Below, one piece after another: positions 14,574-28,211 of a DNA stretch of 64,000 nucleotides (positions within the stretch are counted from its first letter, which is position 1; every line of letters begins with the position of its first letter). This DNA comes from the human T2T-CHM13v2.0 reference genome, Homo sapiens, in NCBI RefSeq assembly GCF_009914755.1, contig NC_060928.1; one strand, 5' to 3'. A program made the translations under genes and the position numbers. The notes below the pieces were generated by a model. The model did not search any database, was not told where the DNA came from, and saw only the letters and a program-made list of their open reading frames with translations.

Positions 14574-16234
14574 AAGAGTTTTTTTTTTAATGTGACTTTT
14601 TTTGCCAGTGTCAGTCTGGGACATCATCACCCTTCCTGTCACAACCACTGGTCTCATTTATGTTGATAAATTTGTCTTCACTAAATTCCTGTGGCTGCGT
14701 ATCTTGAATCTTGGTCATCTATTTCTTCTAATTTCTATGGTTATCTGTTGTTTCTTCTGTTTCTTCATTTTTGTTCAATTGGAGTTTCATGCTAGCATTA
14801 TCATTCTTCATTATTTGCTATACTTCCAGATTTGTTGGTCCATTCCTTCTTTCAATAATTCAGTTGTATAAAATGTCACATGGTTTTATCACTGGGAAAC
14901 AAAAAACTGACACAACCCCACACACTTTTGTATCTGTGCATGAAATGAATAATGGATACACTGTAAAAAATCAGTGAAAGACTTTGAAAGAAGTGATACA
15001 GTTGGTCACTGACCATGATATGCTCCTGTTATTTACAAGGTGACTTATGGACTAAGGAGCTAGCAGCAAAGCTTATACTTGTGCAATTACTCGAAGTTAA
15101 TATCCCACAGCAACTGAAATCTGAACTGCTTTGTTGGTTGACTGAAATTTAACTAAAACCAGGTAACTGAAATTCATTCTTAATAAAATTATACAAAGCC
15201 AGAGCCATCTGTGTTTGAGTGTGTGTCAATTTGCATATGTGTGTGTATGTACATGTGCATGCATACAAACGTGTTTGTGTTGTGGACAGGAAGGAAGGAA
15301 TAGAGAGAGAGAGAGCAAGCAAATAGAGAGCAAGCAAAATGTGAACAATTGCTAATTTGTGTTAACGTGTATATGGGACTTCCTTGTACTTTTCTTATAA
15401 TTTCCATAAATTTCGAATTATAGTCTAATAGAAAATTATGAAAAAGAAATAAAGACAGAAATTTAAATAGCAATTTCTTTTCTAAGAACATTTTTAATAT
15501 AATTGAATGTTTCTCAGATTACAGTTGAATATTAGGAATCATTTATATTCATCAGTTTTATAATCCATTTTTTACAAAACTGGTCTTAACCTCATTATCA
15601 GATACTGTACCTATTTCAGAGTAATTATGTAGATGAGACTTCTTGAAAATGGCACTTCTATCTCAGCTGCACCGTAATAAATGTGACTAAAAGGACTATT
15701 TAGGTGCAGGTGCTGTCTGTATATAAAGCCATTAGAGAATTTTTGTGACATCCCTCTTGTTACTTGATATAATAGTAACATTCATAGAAAGGAAATATGG
15801 TTTGTGATCCTCACAACTTGAACCAAGATTGGACAAGATATGCCCCATATCTGGTATAAAGGCTAAATACTATGTTGCTTAGGAATGCCTGATTTATTGA
15901 TGTTCTAGTTTCTCAAAACAGAACTCACAAATTAATTTGATTCAAGCAGTGATAGCTCAAACAATTAATATATACTGTGTCTGATCTAAGTGACTGAGTT
16001 TATTTTTACTGTGGAACATTTTGTTTTGACATACAGATGTGCTATATCCTGAAATTATTGTGCAAGATCAGCAATTATTCATTATCCTATCAAAAATCAG
16101 TGAAAAGTATTACAAGTTAAAGTTTTGGTAGAGATGCCAGATGCAATTAGAGATGATATTAGCAAAATGCTAGAATAACAAATCAATCTATGGCTCAAAA
16201 TATAATTGTACTTGTCACTTAATGCTACCTATCT

Positions 16235-16370
16235 TTTAAATTTCATTTATTTATATATTTTAGAAACAGAAATCTGACGATGTTGCCAAGTCTGGCCTCT
16301 AACTCCCAGGCTCAAGCAATTATCCGCTGCAGCCTCCCAAGTAGATAAGAATGAATCACAGCACCCTGCC
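16235..16370 (-). mobile_element. FLAM monomer
   Basis: Monomeric Alu flanked by TSD cttaatgct(a/g)cct. Confidence 0.8.
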
Positions 16371-16889
16371 TTAATGCTGCCTTTCTAACCGGTAGAAGAT
16401 TAGATAAGTAAGGGGTTTTTTATTTTACAAATAATTTTTAAGAAAGATTTGCTTCGCAGCTTGATCATGCTTTTTATTTTTAATTTTATTTATGTTTTAA
16501 TCCAGGTGTCCAGCTCTACAACCTGAGATATCTATCAGATGCACTTTTTTTTTAATAGAGATCTGGCAATAAGCCTGTTACAAATATTTTTTAAAATATG
16601 TCTTGATTTTAACTTATAGTTTTTATTTCATCTCCTGTTTTACATATTTGTTGTTGAAAACCATGAGCATTTTTGAATATCAATCATTGGAATTAACCTG
16701 AACCTACTATAAATTATAAATATCCCGATTATTTTATAAAAGTTTGAATTTGTCCCCTATTAGCTCTTCTCAATATGTTTTCCTTTATCATTTCATTTTG
16801 AAACTTGATTTTGGCATGAAAAGACAAAGACGAAAACAGGATTTATGTGGAAAGAGAGCATATATTCTTGTAAGAACTTAGGGAATTAG

Positions 16890-17288
16890 ATCTTTGCCAT
16901 AGACACTATGGTCTCCTAACTGTACCCCTAACCTTCTTGACTGATGCTTCTCCAGTGTAGGAGACACTACATAGATTATAACTAAATCCTGTTACCCCAA
17001 CAATATTTTGTTCCTCCCAGAAGAAAGCTGTCATTCCATGGCTGATTAAATGGAGAGCATTAATAAGACCAAGCCTCTTGCTGCTAACTGAGAATCCTTT
17101 GGAAACACCATCCCATCTCTACAGCTTTGGTAGGAATACCTGAGGTCAATTATGACCACTCTGCGTTCAATTTCTCCCTCACCCAATCCTTCCTCCCTCA
17201 GGTGGTGTTCCTCAGGACATTTCGTAATTAAGGCACTTGTACACAAATTTCTTTTTGAGTCTGTTTTTGGAGAGGCCAAAACTATGAT
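16890..17288 (+). mobile_element. Old ERVL-class LTR remnant (LTR16/LTR33-like)
   Basis: 3' end tgagtctgtttttggagaggccaaaactatga resembles ERVL LTR termini. Confidence 0.4.
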
Positions 17289-17597
17289 GGACAAGGATAA
17301 CATCCCTGAGAAACAATTTTGTTAGCATAATTATATTTTAATTTTTAAGAAATATTTGCTTTATATTCTGACATTCCGTCGAAGCCTTTGACGTTTAACA
17401 AGACGAATGTTTAATTTTTTGTGCAACAAATATTACGGGTATGAGATACATCAGAACAATGTATCATAAAGGTGCAAGAAGCTATCTAACAGCAATGGTC
17501 CACAAACTTTATTATTTCTCAGAAAAACATGTAAGGCTGGAAAAAAACATGTTGTGAGGTTTTACCCCCAGAATTTTACAAGACAGACTTTAGTAGT

Positions 17598-17903
17598 TTC
17601 TTTTCTTCTTCTTTTTTTTTTTTTTTTTTTTTTTTGAGACTGAGTCTTGCTTTGTCTCCCAGGCGCCATCTCATCTCACTGCAACTTCCGCCTCCTGAGT
17701 TCAAGCGATTCTCCTGCCTCAGCCTCCCAAGTAGCTGGGAATACAGCCATATGCCACCATGCCAGGCTAATTTTTGTATTTTTAGTAGAGATGGGGTTTC
17801 ACCATGCTGGCCAGGTTGGTCTCGAACTCCTGGCCTCAGGTGATCTGCCCTCCTGGGCCTCCCAAAGTGCTGGGATTACAGGTGTGAGCCACCGTGCCAG
17901 GTC
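17598..17903 (-). mobile_element. AluSx-like with a short internal deletion
   Basis: Long poly-T and Alu body lacking the tggagtgcagtg segment. Confidence 0.92.
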
Positions 17904-19303
17904 CCTTAGTACTTAAGTAATAAATGTCAGAAATTTTAATGATGTCACATGGGAAGTTTCCTTTAATAAGAAATTTTGACAAATACAAAAATAGAGGGTT
18001 GCTTTTTATTTTGATTCCATATAAGTAGTTTATTATCTTACCATACATAACTGTGTAACTATAATTATTTTACATATACATACATATTTTATATATACAT
18101 GCATACATATATGGATATACATAACTATATGATTAAAATGCCTCTCCTCATTATTACCATATCCCAGAATACTGCTGATTGCACTTGATAAATACAACTG
18201 TCAAAGAGACTGCAATTGGAGGACACAACTCTTAAATTTCAGGCCATGTTTTCTTTGGTGTTTTACAACACTTCCTGTTAAAAAGTTAAACCAATAGTGA
18301 GCAATTACAAATAATTTTAGAATTAAGTAATGAATTTAAAGAAAATAAATCAAGCTCTAAATATTTCACTGTATTTTATATAATTATGTGTTCTACAACC
18401 ACAATACAAGCACCAAAGTGGTTATATTTAGAAAAACATGTAACAAAATATAGTAGCCCACCTAGAAGGAAAAGTCACAAACGATAATTCAAACAAGTCT
18501 TGAGATTTTAATATTAACATGCCATGTTTGCATGTTGAATATACTGAATGTGACAATGACAATCCTATCTGAACATAATCACAGCACAATATTTAATAAA
18601 CTTATGTGTCATATTGGAATAGTAAACTCTAATCAGAGACCTAAAAGAAAGTGCAATGAAATAAAACATACAATGATATCTTAAGTATTGATCCACCATT
18701 AAACTGCAATGCTATATCACAGAATTAAGAAGCATCTAAAAAACAGTCTGAAGTCAAGCAGAAATATTTAACTGTAAAAGAATAGATAAATATGTAGATA
18801 CTGAAATTTTAAAATGCATATTAGACAAAAATGTTATTGTTTTTCTCCCGAAAGTAAACAATACCTCACAATTTTTCACTATGGCATCTAGGTGTTACCA
18901 AGTAGATATATTAAAATTAGAATGAACCTAACATAAACTTTATAGATTTTAATTTGATGAAGTAACCTCTCTCCATTCATCAAGTAAGTCACACACTAGC
19001 ATTACATATTAGTATAAAAACAAGTACATATTTAGTGGTAAATTGATAGAAAAATATTTACCTATGACAATAGCAAAATATTTATTGAAACTTAAAATTA
19101 TAAATATAAGACTCTATATATACATAATTTCAAATTCTAAATGTTTCATTGTGTTTTATCTAATTCTCTGTTCTACAAGTGCTAAATAGGTACTGAAATG
19201 CTTATACAGACATGGACATATGACTACAGACAAGGACATATGGCTAAACAGAGTAGTCACCTACCTGGGAAAGTTACAGACAAGAGCTCAGTTAAGCACG
19301 CAT

Positions 19304-19306
<3 letters not shown>

Positions 19307-19337
<31 letters not shown>
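19307..19337. repeat. (CA)n microsatellite
   Basis: Perfect CA run. Confidence 0.95.
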
Positions 19338-19339
<2 letters not shown>

Positions 19340-20462
19340 CACTGGTTAATACTCAACAAACATACAGTAGTGATAGTGAAGTATATGTTAAAAAAAAAAA
19401 TACCCCACAATCAGCAAATCTATAGCATAAAATGTGAATGTGTGAGGACTTTATTAATGGAGGATTTGAAACAAGTCGTAATTCTGTTTGTTTCCAAAAA
19501 TAAACGCATGGATGGTGAAACTCATAAGGATAATTTAACTTGAAGAAGATGGATATCTAATACAAAGATGAAAGAGGTAAAAAATACAAAAGTTTATACA
19601 AAACTAATTTTAGGAATTAAAATTCTATCCAAGTAATATGCATTATAAAAATTATTAGAAAAGACCATGTATTCTAACAGCCTAACTGAAGTATTTTCAT
19701 GCATTTTTATGTGACACGAAATTGTTATACTGTACATGCATTTTTATGTTATATTAAATTGTTGCAAAAATTATCTTTAGTCACATACCCACAAAGCACT
19801 AATGTTTTGCAATCAAGACCATATATGACAAAGATCTAATTGACATAATTCCACTAAAATCATTGTAAATAGTTACTATTGGGAATCTTCATAGAATCAA
19901 ATTACAAGAAAAAATAATTGTAAAATTATCTCAAAGCCACATTTTATCAAAGAGTGAAAAACTGTTTTCAAAACAAAATAGGGCAAAGGAACCACATTGC
20001 AATATGTTGACAAAATAATCCTTCTATAAAGACTATATATAACATCAGATAAAGACAATGTTACTATGTTGTCAGGAATATTTAGCCATAATTATTATAG
20101 GGAGATAGGGTTGCTGCTACATTACAGAGACAGATTCAGTTAACCAATGAATGTTGAGCCCATGTTATTTTCAGGCAGACCCATTAATCTTAAGACTAAG
20201 CACTCAAGATAAATAAATTAAATAAGAAATTGGATTAAATTTTTCAACTACATGAAAAACAACAGGATTGTTGGGAAACTGGAGAAAATAACACCATCAA
20301 TAAACCCCACCTCACGAAACATCATACAGATGCTCCTCGATAGGGTTACATCCTGATAAATCCATCTTAAGCTGAAAATATCATTATGTCAATAATGCAT
20401 ATAATATGCCCAACCTACTGAATACCAGTGCTAAGCCTAGCCTACCTTAAACATCTCCAGAA

Positions 20463-21077
20463 TGAAACTGTCCCTATTAACTTTATAAAATTAGTCAGAG
20501 AAAAAGGGAGGAGTACAAACAAAAACAAACCCAGCTAGCAGCACATTCAGCATTAATCATTAGGTCAGCTTGCTCTCTGATCAGCTTCCTGATAGTTATT
20601 TGCTGCCTCTTAACTCAGAATTACATAGATCCTGTCACAATATAATCATTTTCCTTAACTGCTCTATAGATTAACAACTTGACTATTGTTAAACATTAAG
20701 TTTTCCATATAAGATATTCTGTCAGGTCTTGCATACTGCTGAAACTCCTGGAATAAGACTGGAATAAGACTTCTGATACTAGCTGGTCTTCAGGACCCCA
20801 CAGGAGCTGACTCACCAAAGAATACAGTTTCTACATTCTCATTATTTTATCCTCCTTACTCCAACCAATGACCCCAATTTCCCAGTCTCTCAAACTCCAT
20901 GATCCTTTTAAAAACTCCAGCCCAGAATTCCCCAGGGAGATACACTTGAGGTTTCCTCCCATCTCCTCACTCATCTGCCCTGGGATCGTTAAATTGTTTC
21001 TCTGCTGCAAATCCTGCTGTCTTGGTGTTTGAGGATGTTACTGCAAGCAGGCATATGAACCTGTTGATCCCTTAACA
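20463..21077 (+). mobile_element. ERV1 (MER4-group) solo LTR
   Basis: TG...CA termini (tgaaact...taaca), near-perfect 4-bp TSD agaa/acaa, ERV1 LTR-like body. Confidence 0.75.
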
Positions 21078-21284
21078 ACAACAATTACACTAGCCTAAAA
21101 TTGAGGACAATCATCTAACACAAAGCCTATTTTATAATAGGGTGTTGAATATGTCATGTAATGTATTAAATGCTGTATTGAAAGTGAAAACTAGAATGGC
21201 TTTATGAGTACTCAAATATAGTTTCTGCTGAATGCATATCACTTTAGCACCATCTTAAAGCTAAAAAAATCACAATTTTTTTTT

Positions 21285-23074
21285 ACAGGAAGTATGTGGA
21301 TAACCTCTTGTAAATAGACTTCTGTGAGTTGTCCAAAGACGTGAAGATATTTGCATCCTGTATGAATGCTTACCAGTGGGTGACCTTAACAGTGGAGAAT
21401 TTTAACAATCAAGCAGATAGAATGTCACATTCCATGAACACCAGTCAGCCTTTTTCCCTAGCCACCATTGTCATTGCCTATGAGTTTATGAACAAAGTGG
21501 CCACTGTGGCATGGACGGAGATTATGCGTGGGATCAACAAGAACTCCCACTCACTAAGGTTTGCCTGATTATGGCCACTGCTGAGGACTCAATCTGCCAA
21601 CAGAAGAGATAAACACAAAGCCCCTAATATGATACCATTCCTCAGGATGATGAGCCAGCTACCTAGTGGCAGGTTGATTATAATGGATTACTTCCATTAT
21701 GGAAGAGGCAGCATTTTGTCTTCACTGGAATAGATACTTGCTTTGGATATGGATTTGCCTTTCCTGATTGCAATGCTTCTGCCAAAACTGCCATCTGTGA
21801 ACTTACAAAATGCCTTATCCACTGTAATGTTATTTCACACAGCATTGTTTCTGACCAATGAACTCATTTTGCAGCCAAAGAAATGTAGCAATGGGCCCAT
21901 GCCCATGGAACTTACTGTTCTTACCATGCTCCCCATGACCCAGAACAATTGTCTTGATAGAACAGTTGGAATGGTCTTTTGAATTTGCAGTTACGACACC
22001 AGCTAGGTGATAATACTTTGCAGAGCTAGTACGATGTTCACCAGAAGGCTGTATATTCTCCAAATCAGTGTCTAAAATATAGGATTGTTTCTCCCATAGC
22101 CAGGATTTATTGATCCAAAGATCAAGGAGTAAAATTGGAGTGGCACCACTCACGTTACCCCTAGTCACCAACTGACAACATTTTTGCTTCCTATTCCCAG
22201 GGTTTTATTTTCAGCTGGCCTAGAGGTCCTAGTTCCAGAGAGAGAAATGCTTCTACCAGGAGATGTGACAATTAGATCATTGAACTGGAAGTGGCCACCT
22301 GGCCACTTTGGGCTCCTTATGCCTCTGACTCAGCAGGCTAAGGCAGGGAATTACTGTGTTGGCTTGAGTAATTCGTCCTGACTACAAAGGGAAAACTAGG
22401 TTACTATTCCAAAATGAAGGAAAGGAAGCATATGTCTGGAATACGGGAGATTCCTTAGAGCATTTCTTAGTATTACCATGCCCTGTCATTATGGTCAATG
22501 GGAAACTATAACAATCCAATCCAGGCAGGATTACAAATGTCCCAGATTCTTTGAGAATAAAGACTTTGGTCACCTTGCCAGGTAAAGAACTACAACCAGC
22601 TGAGGTTCTTGCTGAAGGCAAAGGGAATGCAGAACAGGTAATAGAAGACAGTTATAAATACCAGTTATGACAACGCAGCCAGTTATGAAAACAAAGACTG
22701 TAATTGTCATGAGTTTTTCCTTCCTTTTTTGTTAAGAATACCTTTGTGCATATATACATATGTATTAAACGACTATCTTTGTTTTCTTACTTCTCTTATA
22801 TCTTCATCATGTACAAAGCATTTATTGACTTTATATCATTTAAGTATCATTAAGTGTATATGATAGTATTTAAGTTATGAGATATCAGGGGAAGAATAAA
22901 CATCACCCAAGACACTATCTTCTCCTCTGGGAAAGGGATTATTGTGTTTTTGGTTGCATGAGGGAGAGCTAGGTCATGTTATGTCGAACTATGACCTTGT
23001 CATTGTTTTTATTTTTATAGTAAATATGGTTTAAGATGTGTATGTATGGGTGCCAAGTTGACCAGGGGTGGAAT
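21285..23074 (+). pseudogene. HERV-L/ERVL internal region: RNaseH end, integrase, dUTPase (degenerate)
   Basis: VKIFASCMNAYQ (RNaseH-like); tggcaggttgattat = WQVDY integrase motif; GLEVLVPE...PPGHFGLLMPL dUTPase; polypurine tract caggggtgga before the LTR. Confidence 0.85.
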
Positions 23075-23638
23075 TATGATAGTTAATTTTAGGCATCAAT
23101 TTGACTGGATTGAGGTACACCTAGATGGCTGGTAAACATTGTTTCCATGTGTTTGTAAGGATGTTTCCATGGGAAACTGATGTGTGAGTTAGTGGACTAA
23201 GAGAGGAATACCAAACCTCAATGTGCGCTGGCACCATACAATTAACTACAGACCTGGTTAAGACAACCAGATGGAAGGAGAGGAACTTTCTCTCTCTGTT
23301 CTCTTTTTCCTGCCCTTCTGGAGCAGGGCACCTTTTTCCTTCTGCCCTTAGACATCAGACTCCAGGTTCTTTGGCTTTTTGACTATGGAACTTGCACCAG
23401 AAGCCTCTCAGGGGCTCTCAGGCCTTTGGCCTCAGACTAGTGACTGCACCGTTGGCTTTTCTGGTGCTGACACTCCTAGACTTGGACTGAGCCATGCTCA
23501 GGATTCTCTGGTTCTCCAGCTTACATACAGCTTATCATGTCTCTTCTCCACTTCTGTGATTGTATAAGCCAATTCCCTAATAATTCCCCTCTCACATATT
23601 TCACGGTTCCTGTCTCTCTGGAAAACACTGACTTACGT
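23075..23638 (+). mobile_element. MLT2-type LTR (3' LTR of the HERV-L)
   Basis: Starts tatgatagttaattttaggcatcaatttgactggattgagg and ends tctctctggaaaacactgactta. Confidence 0.85.
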
Positions 23639-24362
23639 AGTAGGGGACCATCTATATTGATCTTTCAGTAAGAAAATGTTCTCAATATTAGAAAACCTGA
23701 ATAAGATAGCATTATATAATACAAAATATATAATGAGTTGTTGAATGGGTTTTGAAATATAATAGGTTCACACATTATGAGAAAAATTTATAAAACCAGA
23801 ATTACTCATTATTAAATACATATAATTCCAGGCACTGTCTTAGGCATCATGGCTATATAAATAAATAAAACATAAAAGTTTATTATCTTCCAGAAACTTT
23901 TATTCTGATGGAAGAAAAAGGCAATTCAACACATGCATAGACATATATAAACACACATAAGATCAAGCATTTGTACCCATTTGGTACAAATAAAGTGTAA
24001 AAGTGGTAAAAGTGTAAATCAAAAGTTACAATCTCATCTAAAAACAAAATAAAATTAGACAACAAAGGCATCTGCAATTGCAGGAATATGAGATTAAATA
24101 AACAATGTGATATAGTTTATATCTTGAAGGTATATAATGGAATAATGAAAAAGACATACAAAAAATATTTTAAATAATATAAAAATATAAAAAATAACAT
24201 GCATAAAGCTGAGGATGTTTGAGGAAAGAAGAAACAGTTACTTAACAAAACAGTAACGATATACATAATATAATAAAATAAAATATAAACAATAAAAAAA
24301 TTTTTAAAAAAATTTAAATTATTCAAAAAAAGACAATAAAGGGGCCATTAAAATCCTCATGC

Positions 24363-24474
24363 ACCCTCATAAAAATTTTAAATTCCTTATGAGGAATTCC
24401 TTATTAAAATTTTAAATTCCTCCTCATGAGGAATTTAAATTGCTTATGAGGAATTTAAAATTTTTATGATGGGT
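24363..24474. repeat. AT-rich inverted-repeat/palindrome cluster
   Basis: accctcataaaaattttaaattccttat pairs with atgaggaatttaaaatttttatgatgggt; internal aattccttatgaggaatt-type units. Confidence 0.85.
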
Positions 24475-24889
24475 AATAGATTTCCAAGTCATATTTCCAA
24501 GGTTTATGAGGTTTTATTTTGGAAAATGAAAATTAAAAATTAAAAAGAATGATAGCGTTTTAGATAAAACTATCTGGAATATTAAAAAATGGAAGTCTAA
24601 TAGTAAATATATATTTCATTAAAACAGAACAAGGATTAAAATTAATATTGGGAAGAAATCAAAAGAAATATTAAACAAGATATTCTAAAAGCTATGATGA
24701 TTTTTTGCCCACTAAGATAGCCTCTGATTTAAGGATGTATGGACGGTTTTTAAAAGGTTATAGTACTTAATAATAGGTTTCAGGGATATGTAGTAGCATA
24801 AATTGTGATTTCTTAATATTTTGATATATTAAACTGAGAGGGTGTGAATTTTTTTAATCATATAGTTTATTTTTCTCCAATAATAAACG

Positions 24890-25055
24890 TTGTATGGAAG
24901 GATTAAGGAGATGCTGGCCAAAGAATACAAACTTTCAGCTATACAGAAGAAATAAATTCAGAAAAATGTTGTACAATATGGTGACTATGGTTAATAACAA
25001 TGTATTGTATATTTGAAAACTGCTAAAAGTATATTTTAAATATTTTCATCAGTTA
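24890..25055 (+). mobile_element. L1MA/MB 3'UTR fragment
   Basis: tgtacaatatggtgactatggttaataacaatgtattgtatatttgaaaactgctaa. Confidence 0.7.
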
Positions 25056-27470
25056 AAATGTAATTGCTGTTCTGAATAGTGTCTTTGCTATTGTGAATAG
25101 TACTGCAATGAATGTGGGGGTTCATATATCTTTTTGGTAGACAGACTTGTTTTCTTTAGGATATATACCCAGTAATGGGATTGCTGAGTTGAATGTTCAT
25201 TATAAGTACTTTGAGAAATCTCCAAACTGCTTTCCTTAGTGGCTGAACTAATTTACATTCCCACTAACAGTGTATGAGTGTTTCTCTTTCTCCCAAGCCT
25301 CACTAGCATCTGTTTTTTTATTTTTTTAATAATAACCATTATGATTCATGTGAGATGGTATCTCATTGTAGTTTTGATTTGCATTTCTCTGATGATTAGT
25401 TAGGTGGAGCATTTTTTCATATGTTTTTTGGGCTGCTTAAATGTCTTTTTTTGAGAAGTGTCTGTTCATATCTTTTGCACATTGTTTAATGAGATTATTC
25501 TGTTTTTGCTTGTTCAATTGTTAAGTTCCTTACAGATTCTAAATACTAAACCTTTCTTAAATGCATAGTTTGTGAATACTGTCTCCCATTATGTAGATCG
25601 TCTGCTTACTCTGTTGTTAGTTTCTTTTGCCAGACAGAATCTCTTTAGTTTAATTAGGTGCCACTTGTCAATACTTGTTTTTGTTGCAATTGCTTTTGAG
25701 GACTTAGCCATAAATTATTTTCCAAGTCTGATGTCCAGAATAGTATTTTCTATGTTTTCTTCTAGGTTTCTTATACTTTGAGTTGGTACATTTAACTCTC
25801 TAATCCATCTTGAGTTAATTTTTGCATATGGTGAGAAACACAGGTCCATTTTCATTCTGCATATGGCTAGCCAATTAGCCTAGCACCATTTATTGAATCA
25901 TGACTCCCTTGCCCTATCGCTTATTTTTGTCGACTTTGTCAAAGACCAAATGGCTGTAGGTGTGTTGCTTTATTTCTGGGTTGTTTATTTTGTTTCCTTG
26001 GTCTAATATGTCTGTGTTTGTAGCAGTACCATGCTGATTTGGTTATGTACCCTTATAATAGAGTTTGAAGTCAGGAAATATGATACCTCTGGCTTTGTTC
26101 TTTTTGCTTAGAATTGCTTGGCTATTCAGAATCTTTTTTGGTTCCATAGGAATTTTAAAATACTTTTTCTAGTTCTGTGGAAAAATGTCATTTTGATAGG
26201 AATAGTGTTGTATCTGTAGATTCCTTTGGGCAGTATGGCCATTTTAACAATACTGATTCTTCCAATTCATTAGCATGGAATGCTTTTCCATAGGTTTGTA
26301 TTGTTTATGATTTCTTTTGGCAGTGCTTTGTAGTTCTCCTTGTAGAGATCTTTTGTTCCTTAGTTAGATGTATTCCAAGATTTTTTTATATGTGGTTATT
26401 GTAAATGGCATTGTAGTCTTGATTTGGCTCTCAGCCTAAACATTATTTTTGTATAGAAATGCTACTGATTTTTATACATTGGTTTCATATCCTGAAGCTT
26501 TACTGAAGTCATTTATCCATTCCAGGAGCCTTTTGGCAGATTCTTTAGGTTTCTCTAAGTATAGGATCTTAACATCCATGAAGAGAGATAGTTTGACTTA
26601 TTCTTTCCCTATTGGGATGCCATGTATTTATTTCCCTTGCCTGATTGCTCTGTCTAGGCCTTCCAGTACTATGTTGAATAGGAGTGGTGAGAGTAGGCAT
26701 CCTTGTCTTGTTCAAGTTCTTCAGGGGTATGCTTCTAGTTTTTGCCCTTTTAGTATGATGTTTGTTATGGGTTTGTCATAGACAGGTCTTTTTGTTTTGA
26801 GTTATGTTCCTTTGAAGCCTAGTTTGTTGATGATTTTCATTAAGGAATGTTGGATTTTGTCTAACGCTTTTTCCACATCTATTGAGATAATCATATGATT
26901 TCTGTTTTTAATTGTTTATGTGGTGAATTACATTTATTTTTTTGTATATGTTGAATCACTCTTGCATCCCAGGAATGAAGTCTATTTGATCATGGTGAAT
27001 TAACTTTTTAATATGCTATTTAATTCAGTTTGTTGATATTTTGAGGATTTTTGCATCTACGTTAATCAGGGACACTGGCCTGTAGTTTTCTTTTTTTGTG
27101 GTTGCTTTGCCAGGTTTGTGTATCAGGGTGATCGTGGCTTCATAAAATGAGTTGAAGAGTCCCTCATCAATTTTTTGGAATAGTTTTAGTAGTAGTGGTA
27201 ACAGCTCTTCTTGTATATGTGGTAGAATTTGTTTATGAACTCATCTGGTCTGAGGCTTTTTTTTTTTTTTTTGGTTGCTAGTTTTGTTATTACTAATTCA
27301 ATTTCAGACTTGATATTGATCTGTTCAGTGTTTCAATTTCTTCCTGATTCAGTCTTGAGATATTACATTTCCAGTAATTTACACATTTTCTTTAGATCTT
27401 CTGGTTTACCTCTAGAGATGTTCATAATCTCTAAGGCCATTTTGGATTTCTGTGGGATTGGTTGTAATGT

Positions 27471-27950
27471 TGAGGGAAGAGAGAGACCCTCTCATATTGT
27501 TTTATATTGTTTTATACTCAGTACCTGTTTTAAGAAAAAAACAAGGAAGTGAAATCAAAGACAAGCAGTCCAGCGCCAGGCCCAAAACCAGGCCTGGGCC
27601 TGCCTGGCCTAAACCTAGTAGTTAAAAACCAACTCATGACTTAGAACCCCATGTTACCCATAGATTTCAGGCATTGTATGGAAGAACATTGGGAAACTCC
27701 CTGCTCTGTTCTGTTTCACTCTGACTACCAGTGCATGAAACCCCTGTCACGTATCCCCTAGATTGCTCAATCAGTCACAACCCTTTCATGTAAAATCTTT
27801 AGTGTTGTGAGCCCTTAAAAGGGACAGAAATTGTGCACTCGGGGAGCTCGGATTTTAAGGCAGTAGCTTGCTGATTCTCCCAGCTGAATAAAGCCCTTCC
27901 TTCTACAACTCGGTGTCTGAGAGGTTTTGTCTGCGGCTAGTCCTGCTACA
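27471..27950 (+). mobile_element. 5' LTR (LTR2B-like) of a Harlequin/HERV-E-type provirus
   Basis: tgagggaaga...cctgctaca; direct repeat of 33141-33616; AATAAA signal; preceded by TSD atgt. Confidence 0.92.
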
Positions 27951-27955
27951 TTTCT

Positions 27956-27973
27956 TGGTTCCCTGACTGGGAA
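27956..27973 (+). promoter_or_regulatory. Primer binding site, tRNA-Glu
   Basis: tggttccctgactgggaa is complementary to the tRNA-Glu 3' end (1 mismatch). Confidence 0.9.
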
Positions 27974-28211
27974 ACGAGGTAACTGACATATGGCCGAGGC
28001 AGCCCCTTAGGCAGCTTAGGCCTGCCCTGTGGAACATCCCTGCAGGGAACTCTGGCCAGCCTGAGTGACGTGATCCAAGGAGCGCTCCCAGGTAGAAAAT
28101 TGCCCTGGTGGAACGCCTCACCAGAGCAGCGCATAGCAGGCCCCCCATGGAGGATTAACACAGTTGCTGAACACCAGGAAGGAAATGGCACTTAGAGTCC
28201 AGACATCTGAA

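Larger units (their letters stand above)
20327..23654 (+). mobile_element. MER47A-like Tigger MITE split into three pieces (20327-20462, 21082-21275, about 23640-23654)
   Basis: TA|cagatgctcctcga at the start and ggggaccatct(a)|TA at the end; internal pieces colinear with the copy at 5294-5562. Confidence 0.75.

Noticed and set aside
24060-24330. Very A-rich tract with a hydrophobic minus-strand ORF
   Set aside because: Low-complexity, probably decayed L1 sequence; the hydrophobicity follows from T-richness.
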